A DNA stretch of 64,000 bases from the sequence record MH051915; one strand, written 5' to 3'. A program made the position numbers and the translations under genes. Below are positions 58,012 to 64,000 of the stretch, in pieces. Under the pieces are notes generated by a model. That model was not told where the DNA came from and ran no database searches. It saw nothing but the letters and a program-made list of their open reading frames with translations. The stretch comes from Enterobacteria phage vB_EcoM_IME339. Each line of letters opens with the position of its first letter. Positions within the stretch are counted from its first letter, which is position 1.

Positions 58012-58635
58012 ATGATTATTAATCTTGCAGATGTTGAACAGTTATCTATAAAAGCTGAAAGCGTTGATTTTCAATATGATATGTATAAAAAGGTCTGTGA
58101 AAAATTTACTGACTTTGAACAGTCAGTTCTTTGGCAATGTATGGAAGCCAAAAAGAATGAAGCTCTTCATCGGCAGTTGAATAAAATCATTAAAAAGCAT
58201 TTAACTAAATCACCTTATCAGCTATATCGTGGTATATCAAAATCGACAAAAGAACTCATTAAAGATTTACAAGTTGGAGAAGTGTTTTCAACGAATAGAG
58301 TAGATTCATTTACTACTAGTTTGCACACAGCGTGCGGTTTTTCTTATGTTGAGTATTTCACTGAAATAATATTTCGCTTAAAAACTGATAAAGCTTTTAA
58401 TTATTCTGACCATATCAGCGATATTATACTTTCTTCTCCTAATACTGAGTTTAAGTATACATATGAAGATACTGACGGATTAGATTCAGAACGTACTGAT
58501 AACTTAATGATGATTGTGCGTGAACAAGAATGGATGATTCCAATTGGAAAGTATAAAATAACTTCTATTTCAAAAGAAAAATTACACGATTCATTTGGAA
58601 CATTTAAAGTGTATGATATTGAGGTAGTTGAATGA
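58012..58635 (+). CDS. modB: ADP-ribosyltransferase ModB-like
   Basis: 207 aa from ATG 58012; R-S-E ART motifs: LYRG, STN, EQEWMIP. Confidence 0.7.
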   Translation: MIINLADVEQLSIKAESVDFQYDMYKKVCEKFTDFEQSVLWQCMEAKKNEALHRQLNKIIKKHLTKSPYQLYRGISKSTKELIKDLQVGEVFSTNRVDSFTTSLHTACGFSYVEYFTEIIFRLKTDKAFNYSDHISDIILSSPNTEFKYTYEDTDGLDSERTDNLMMIVREQEWMIPIGKYKITSISKEKLHDSFGTFKVYDIEVVE

Positions 58636-59234
58636 AATATTCAGCAATGCAATTAAAAGATTTTAAAATCAAATCAATGGATGCATCGGTGCGTGCTTCT
58701 ATTCGTGAAGAATTACTTTCTGAAGGATTTAATTTATCTGAAATTGAACTTTTAATTCATTGTATTACTAATAAGCCAGACGATCATTCTTGGTTAAATG
58801 AAATAATCAAATCTCGTTTGGTTCCAAACGATAAACCTCTTTGGAGAGGTGTTCCAGTTGAGACTAAGCAGGTGTTAAATCAAGGAATTGATATTATTAC
58901 ATTTGATAAAGTAGTATCAGCTTCATATGATAAAAATATAGCTCTACATTTTGCTTCTGGATTAGAATACAACACGCAAGTTATTTTTGAATTCAAAGCT
59001 CCTATGGTATTTAATTTCCAGGAGTATGCTATAAAAGCTCTACGTTGTAAAGAATATAGTCCGAGTTTTAAGTTTCCAGATAGCCATCGTTATCGTAATA
59101 TGGAATTAGTTTCAGATGAACAAGAAGTAATGATACCAGCTGGAAGTGTATTTAGAATTGCGGATAGATACGAGTATAAAAAGCATTCAACATACACTAT
59201 CTATACTCTTGACTTTGAAGGATTTAATCTATAA
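58632..59234 (+). CDS. modA: ADP-ribosyltransferase ModA-like
   Basis: 200 aa paralog of upstream gene; motifs LWRG, SAS, EQEVMIP. Confidence 0.7.
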   Translation: MKYSAMQLKDFKIKSMDASVRASIREELLSEGFNLSEIELLIHCITNKPDDHSWLNEIIKSRLVPNDKPLWRGVPVETKQVLNQGIDIITFDKVVSASYDKNIALHFASGLEYNTQVIFEFKAPMVFNFQEYAIKALRCKEYSPSFKFPDSHRYRNMELVSDEQEVMIPAGSVFRIADRYEYKKHSTYTIYTLDFEGFNL

Positions 59235-59288
59235 TGGAAGGACTTAGATTCATTATACCATGAAAGTTTTAAAGCATTTTTCATAAAG

Positions 59289-59322
59289 TTGTTTACAAGC
59301 TGAAGTAAAAATGTTATAGTAT
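59289..59322 (+). promoter_or_regulatory. T4-type early promoter
   Basis: aaagttGTTTACAagctgaagtaaaaatgtTATAGT. Confidence 0.55.
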
Positions 59323-59350
59323 AAGTAGTTAACCCGTCCGTGAGAAAAAT

Positions 59351-60097
59351 ATGAAACTGTCTAATAATCAAATTCGTAAAATTACACGTCGCTTAGAGCA
59401 TACTCAGGCATCTGCCAAAAGACGTTCTAAAGATTTTAACTTAGACTTCAATTACATTAAGAACATTTTAGATCAGAAAGTTTGCGCTTACTCGGGAGAA
59501 CCTTTTGATAATCGTATTGAAGGAGAGAAATTATCATTAGAACGTTTTGATAATAACGTTGGATACATTAAAGGGAATGTTATTGCAGTAAAGAAAAAGT
59601 ATAATACATTTCGTTCTGATTATACTTTAGAAGAGTTGATTGAAAAGCGTGATTTATTTGCTTTGCGAATTGGTCGTTCATCTGCGAAAAAAGTTCATAA
59701 ACTAAATTTAGATGAAAAGAAATGGGCTAAAATCAAAAAGACTTATAATCAAATTAAAGCTATACAGAAAAAACGTGAAAACCGAATTGAGCACATTTCT
59801 CAGCTTTCTAAATCAAAACAAACTTCTGACGTTAAGCTAACGATTATAGCACTTAAAGCTCGTATTGATGGTTCTCGTATAGCAGAAGGCGCTGAAGTTG
59901 TTAAATTGAACGTTCTTCTTAAAGGCTCGGATTGGAAAACTGTGAAAAAGCTGTCAGAAGCAGAAATGCAATATGATATGTGTGATAAAATTATTCAAGG
60001 TGTAGAGCGGTATCAAAACTTGTCTTTTATTGATAAACTTAAACTGAAAAGAGGATACCCGCTAAATTGTTCAATTTTTAAACTTATCCGAGGATAA
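59351..60097 (+). CDS. srd: Srd-like protein (position of T4 srd)
   Basis: 248 aa basic protein between modA and dda.1; assignment positional. Confidence 0.55.
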   Translation: MKLSNNQIRKITRRLEHTQASAKRRSKDFNLDFNYIKNILDQKVCAYSGEPFDNRIEGEKLSLERFDNNVGYIKGNVIAVKKKYNTFRSDYTLEELIEKRDLFALRIGRSSAKKVHKLNLDEKKWAKIKKTYNQIKAIQKKRENRIEHISQLSKSKQTSDVKLTIIALKARIDGSRIAEGAEVVKLNVLLKGSDWKTVKKLSEAEMQYDMCDKIIQGVERYQNLSFIDKLKLKRGYPLNCSIFKLIRG

Positions 60098-60098
60098 T

Positions 60099-60410
60099 AT
60101 GTTTTATGTATATGCGATAGTGTATAGAGATAAAGATGGATTTGCGGTGCCTGTTCCTCTTGATGAACATCGCCCTGCTGTATTTTTTGAAAGGGAGATT
60201 GCTGATAAAGTATTTACAACTCTTAAAGAGCAGTATCAACTAGCTTTAGGTATGGGAATTCCGAGATTAGTTGAGACTCCACGCAAGTTTTGGTTTAATA
60301 AAATAGAAGTTAAACATGTTAAGCCTGATGTAGACACGCAAAGATTATATCGGCGAATTTTAGATACTGGGCGTATTGTTAGTATACCAATTGCAGGGAA
60401 TTTACGATGA
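60099..60410 (+). CDS. hypothetical protein (dda.1 position)
   Basis: 103 aa ORF. Confidence 0.5.
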   Translation: MFYVYAIVYRDKDGFAVPVPLDEHRPAVFFEREIADKVFTTLKEQYQLALGMGIPRLVETPRKFWFNKIEVKHVKPDVDTQRLYRRILDTGRIVSIPIAGNLR

Positions 60411-61726
60411 CATTTGATGATTTGACAGAAGGCCAGAAAAATGCCTTTAACATCGTTATGAGGGCTATCAAAGAAAAGAAACATCATGTAACTATTAATG
60501 GACCTGCCGGTACTGGTAAAACTACTCTTACTAAGTTCATCATTGAAGCTTTAATATCTACGGGCGAAACTGGCATTATTTTAGCAGCTCCTACACATGC
60601 AGCTAAAAAGATTCTTTCAAAACTGTCAGGGAAAGAAGCGAGTACTATTCATAGTATTCTTAAAATTAACCCCGTAACATACGAAGAAAACGTTCTTTTT
60701 GAACAAAAAGAAGTACCGGATTTAGCCAAATGTAGAGTATTAATCTGCGACGAAGTGTCAATGTATGATAGAAAGCTATTTAAAATTCTGCTTTCAACTA
60801 TCCCGCCATGGTGTACTATAATTGGAATAGGCGATAATAAGCAAATTAGACCTGTTGACCCAGGGGAAAACACTGCTTATATCAGTCCATTCTTTACACA
60901 TAAAGATTTTTATCAGTGTGAACTCACTGAAGTTAAACGCAGTAATGCTCCTATTATTGATGTAGCTACTGATGTTCGCAACGGTAAGTGGATTTATGAT
61001 AAAGTTGTTGACGGACATGGAGTACGTGGATTTACTGGTGATACCGCTTTACGCGATTTTATGGTAAATTATTTTTCAATCGTTAAATCACTAGATGATT
61101 TGTTTGAAAATCGCGTAATGGCATTTACGAATAAATCTGTTGATAAGTTAAATAGCATTATTCGTAAAAAGATTTTTGAAACTGATAAAGATTTTATTGT
61201 CGGTGAAATTATTGTAATGCAGGAACCGTTAATTAAAACATATAAAATTGATGGAAAGCCTGTGTCAGAAATTATTTTTAATAACGGACAATTAGTTCGT
61301 ATTATAGAAGCAGAATATACATCAACATTTGTTAAAGCTCGTGGCGTTCCTGGAGAATATCTAATTCGTCATTGGGATTTAACAGTAGAAACTTACGGTG
61401 ATGATGAATATTATCGTGAAAAGATTAAAATAATTTCATCTGATGAAGAGCTGTATAAGTTTAACTTATTTTTAGGTAAAACTGCAGAAACTTACAAAAA
61501 TTGGAATAAAGGTGGAAAAGCTCCATGGAGCGATTTTTGGGATGCTAAATCACAGTTTAGTAAAGTGAAAGCACTTCCTGCATCAACATTCCATAAAGCT
61601 CAGGGCATGTCTGTAGACCGTGCTTTTATCTATACGCCTTGTATCCATTATGCAGATGCTGAACTAGCTCAGCAGCTTCTTTATGTTGGTGTAACACGTG
61701 GTCGTTATGATGTATTTTATGTATGA
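60407..61726 (+). CDS. dda: DNA helicase Dda (SF1B)
   Basis: 439 aa; Walker A GPAGTGKTT, Walker B LICDEVSM. Confidence 0.93.
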   Translation: MTFDDLTEGQKNAFNIVMRAIKEKKHHVTINGPAGTGKTTLTKFIIEALISTGETGIILAAPTHAAKKILSKLSGKEASTIHSILKINPVTYEENVLFEQKEVPDLAKCRVLICDEVSMYDRKLFKILLSTIPPWCTIIGIGDNKQIRPVDPGENTAYISPFFTHKDFYQCELTEVKRSNAPIIDVATDVRNGKWIYDKVVDGHGVRGFTGDTALRDFMVNYFSIVKSLDDLFENRVMAFTNKSVDKLNSIIRKKIFETDKDFIVGEIIVMQEPLIKTYKIDGKPVSEIIFNNGQLVRIIEAEYTSTFVKARGVPGEYLIRHWDLTVETYGDDEYYREKIKIISSDEELYKFNLFLGKTAETYKNWNKGGKAPWSDFWDAKSQFSKVKALPASTFHKAQGMSVDRAFIYTPCIHYADAELAQQLLYVGVTRGRYDVFYV

Positions 61727-61747
61727 TTAAATTTGAGGAAGCTATTC

Positions 61748-61993
61748 GTGGAAATAACTAAAGACCAGTTTTATCTACTTCAAGATAAAGTGAGCGAAAT
61801 TTATGAAATAGCTTATAGTAAAAATCGCAGAAATGTAAAAATTGAATCAGGCAAGTTAATGCTTCAATTGGAAGAAATTGAACGAGATTTGATTGCGTTA
61901 GAATTCTTTTGTGGTGAAGTGAAAACTGTTACAATTAGTGATTATGTTTTAGGTGAAATTAGCCATCTTTATAAGGCGGTTATTAATGATTGA
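61748..61993 (+). CDS. hypothetical protein (dexA.2 position), tandem paralog
   Basis: GTG 61748 after gaggaag RBS (ORF track starts TTG 61733). Confidence 0.45.
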   Translation: MEITKDQFYLLQDKVSEIYEIAYSKNRRNVKIESGKLMLQLEEIERDLIALEFFCGEVKTVTISDYVLGEISHLYKAVIND

Positions 61994-62228
61994 ATTAAGT
62001 TTGCATCAGTTTAAATCTCTTATGACAAATGTTAAAGCTGTCATTGAGGAAAATCAAGGACCTGATAATGTTACTATTCGCGAAAAAGCTTCAAAGATAG
62101 TATACAGTCTTGAAGAGATACAAAAAGATATTGAATCTATGGCAAAATTTATTGATGAGCCTATTAATAAAGTTTATATCCAAGATTATACTGTAGGTCA
62201 AATTCGCGATTTAGCGAGGAAAATTTAA
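61986..62228 (+). CDS. hypothetical protein (dexA.1 position), tandem paralog
   Basis: ATG 61986 (ORF track 61953); pattern L.LEEI..D...V.I.DY..G.I similar to upstream ORF. Confidence 0.45.
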   Translation: MIELSLHQFKSLMTNVKAVIEENQGPDNVTIREKASKIVYSLEEIQKDIESMAKFIDEPINKVYIQDYTVGQIRDLARKI

Positions 62229-62911
62229 TGTTTGATTTTATTATAGATTTTGAAACAATGGGAAGCGGTGAAAAGGCAGCTGTTATTGATTTGGCTGTTA
62301 TTGCCTTTGACCCTAATCCAGAAGTAGTTGAAACGTTTGATGAATTAGTTTCACGTGGCATCAAAATCAAATTTGATTTAAAAAGCCAAAAAGGACATCG
62401 TCTTTTTACTAAAAGCACTATCGAATGGTGGAAAAATCAGTCTCCTGAAGCTCGAAAAAATATTGCACCATCAGATGAAGATGTAAGCACTATCGATGGT
62501 ATTGTAAAATTTAATGATTACATCAATGCGCATAACATCGATCCTTGGAAATCTCAAGGCTGGTGCCGTGGAATGTCGTTTGATTTTCCAATTTTAGTCG
62601 ATCTCATTCGCGATATTCAACGTCTTAATGGCGTTTCTGAGAATGAACTTGACACATTTAAGTTAGAACCATGTAAATTCTGGAATCAGCGTGATATTCG
62701 TACCAGAATTGAAGCACTTCTCCTTGTTCGTGATATGACCACGTGTCCTCTTCCAAAAGGAACTTTGGATGGATTCGTTGCACATGATTCTATTCATGAC
62801 TGTGCGAAAGACATCCTGATGATGAAGTATGCTTTGCGATATGCTATGGGTCTTGAAGATGCCCCGTCAGAGGAAGAGTGCGATCCTCTGTCTCTTCCAA
62901 CAAAACGATAA
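62228..62911 (+). CDS. dexA: exonuclease A (DEDD-type 3'-5' exonuclease)
   Basis: 227 aa; N-terminal DFETMG motif typical of DnaQ-like exonucleases. Confidence 0.85.
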   Translation: MFDFIIDFETMGSGEKAAVIDLAVIAFDPNPEVVETFDELVSRGIKIKFDLKSQKGHRLFTKSTIEWWKNQSPEARKNIAPSDEDVSTIDGIVKFNDYINAHNIDPWKSQGWCRGMSFDFPILVDLIRDIQRLNGVSENELDTFKLEPCKFWNQRDIRTRIEALLLVRDMTTCPLPKGTLDGFVAHDSIHDCAKDILMMKYALRYAMGLEDAPSEEECDPLSLPTKR

Positions 62912-62915
62912 AAAG

Positions 62916-62950
62916 TTGTTTACTTCCTCGGTTAGTTGTGGTATTATAAC
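62916..62950 (+). promoter_or_regulatory. T4-type early promoter
   Basis: aaagttGTTTACttcctcggttagttgtggTATTAT. Confidence 0.55.
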
Positions 62951-62974
62951 ACCATAGCTGCTGAGGATAATAAA

Positions 62975-63478
62975 ATGAAAATTTATCGTGTTGAATCATC
63001 ATTTAGTATTCTTAATTGTGAAGATGCTATAACAATACGTCGAAATCTTTGTGTTCAAATAACGCCGTACAGGAGTATAATAGATTCATGGAGCGAAGAG
63101 TGGTTATTACACGTAGGTTATGATAGACCTAATTTTACGCATCATAGTAATGATAACAAAAGAATTCCTCTTCCGCGCGAAGACAAATTATTAGTTAAAA
63201 ATGCTAATATAGCAATTAATACTAACTTTGAGAAAGAAGAATATGTAGGCGTAGATCATTATATTCCCGGATGGTTTATAGCTCTTTATCATTTTGCTTT
63301 CGCTAGTGAATATGATATGATGAGATGGTTCACACGAGAAGAGCGTGAAGAATTATCTTCTAAAGGATTTTATCTTGCTGTATACGAAGTGCCAGATGAC
63401 CAAGTTATCATTGGCGGGCACCAAGTAATGTTCCGCAAATCCCATGCTGAACTTGTAGATTTTATTGAAATGAGATAA
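62975..63478 (+). CDS. hypothetical protein (possibly MotB position)
   Basis: ATG 62975 after ctgaggataataaaATG RBS (ORF track 62936). Confidence 0.5.
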   Translation: MKIYRVESSFSILNCEDAITIRRNLCVQITPYRSIIDSWSEEWLLHVGYDRPNFTHHSNDNKRIPLPREDKLLVKNANIAINTNFEKEEYVGVDHYIPGWFIALYHFAFASEYDMMRWFTREEREELSSKGFYLAVYEVPDDQVIIGGHQVMFRKSHAELVDFIEMR

Positions 63479-63480
63479 TT

Positions 63481-64000
63481 ATGAAATTTAATTATAATCC
63501 TGAATACACCCCAAATCCTATAGATAAAATATTTGATATGGATATAGCAAGCATGTACGGCACTCTTGTTAAACCATTAGAAATTAAGGAAACTTTTATG
63601 ACTGCTCGGACCATCGAAATTGGCAAAATCTACAAACTGGTTGAAACTGAAATTAAAACTACTGAACTAAGTTTGGGTTATAAAGCATTGACTAGTGTTT
63701 TTGGTGAAGGCGAGTTTGTGGTTAAAAGTTTTTCAAAAAGTAACTGGCACGATAAGAATAAAGCTTACGTGATTCGAGCACAACGCTTAGATAATGATGA
63801 AGTAATTAAAACTATAGTCTTTGAAGCAGAGCTTATCCTCTTTCAAGAATGCGATCCTACTGACCTTCTAACTCGTGCAGTAGCTATTAAGACCCCATTT
63901 ATTTCGGTCTGTGGTTGGGTAACAGACCAGTGGATTGAAGATGGTGTTGAACTTCTGAATGTTGTTCATGCAGGTGATTTTAGTGTAGTACCTCGTAGTG
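63481..64000 (+). CDS. hypothetical protein, 3' end outside window
   Basis: ORF starting ATG 63481, open to window end. Confidence 0.5.
   Translation, partial: MKFNYNPEYTPNPIDKIFDMDIASMYGTLVKPLEIKETFMTARTIEIGKIYKLVETEIKTTELSLGYKALTSVFGEGEFVVKSFSKSNWHDKNKAYVIRAQRLDNDEVIKTIVFEAELILFQECDPTDLLTRAVAIKTPFISVCGWVTDQWIEDGVELLNVVHAGDFSVVPRS

Overview
This window is a contiguous stretch of the early/middle gene region of a T4-like (T-even, Tequatrovirus-type) coliphage, reverse-complemented relative to the usual T4 map so that essentially every gene lies on the + strand. Identification rests on my reading of the translated ORFs against remembered T4 proteins; no database search was run. Recognised genes run from the 3' end of gene 1 (dNMP kinase) through 57A/57B, ipI, an 8-tRNA cluster, nudE, e (lysozyme), denV, regB, tk, rI, nrdC, 49, nrdD/nrdG/nrdH, 55, a-gt, 47, 46, rpbA, 45, 44, 62, regA, 43, imm, 42, uvsX, 40, 41, dmd, sp, 61, 56, soc, modB/modA, srd, dda and dexA. 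Dense arrays of short overlapping ORFs carry T4-type early (GTTTAC-N17-TAnnAT), middle (MotA-box) and late (TATAAATA) promoters and UUCG-tetraloop terminators. It is not T4 itself: nrdD is intron-free, segB, mobD and dam are not seen, denV abuts e, internal-protein genes sit in different places, and a different GT-A-like glycosyltransferase occupies the beta-gt slot. The most interesting unexplained content is in the hyperplastic regions: a tandem array of four paralogous proteins with coiled-coil tails (22.2-26.1 kb), a nucleotidyltransferase-fold protein next to a P-loop ATPase (18.6-20.7 kb), a macro-domain protein (13.3 kb), three tandem membrane-protein paralogs with a shared C-terminal motif (6.6-7.8 kb), and repeated promoter-leader cassettes that look like mobile regulatory modules.
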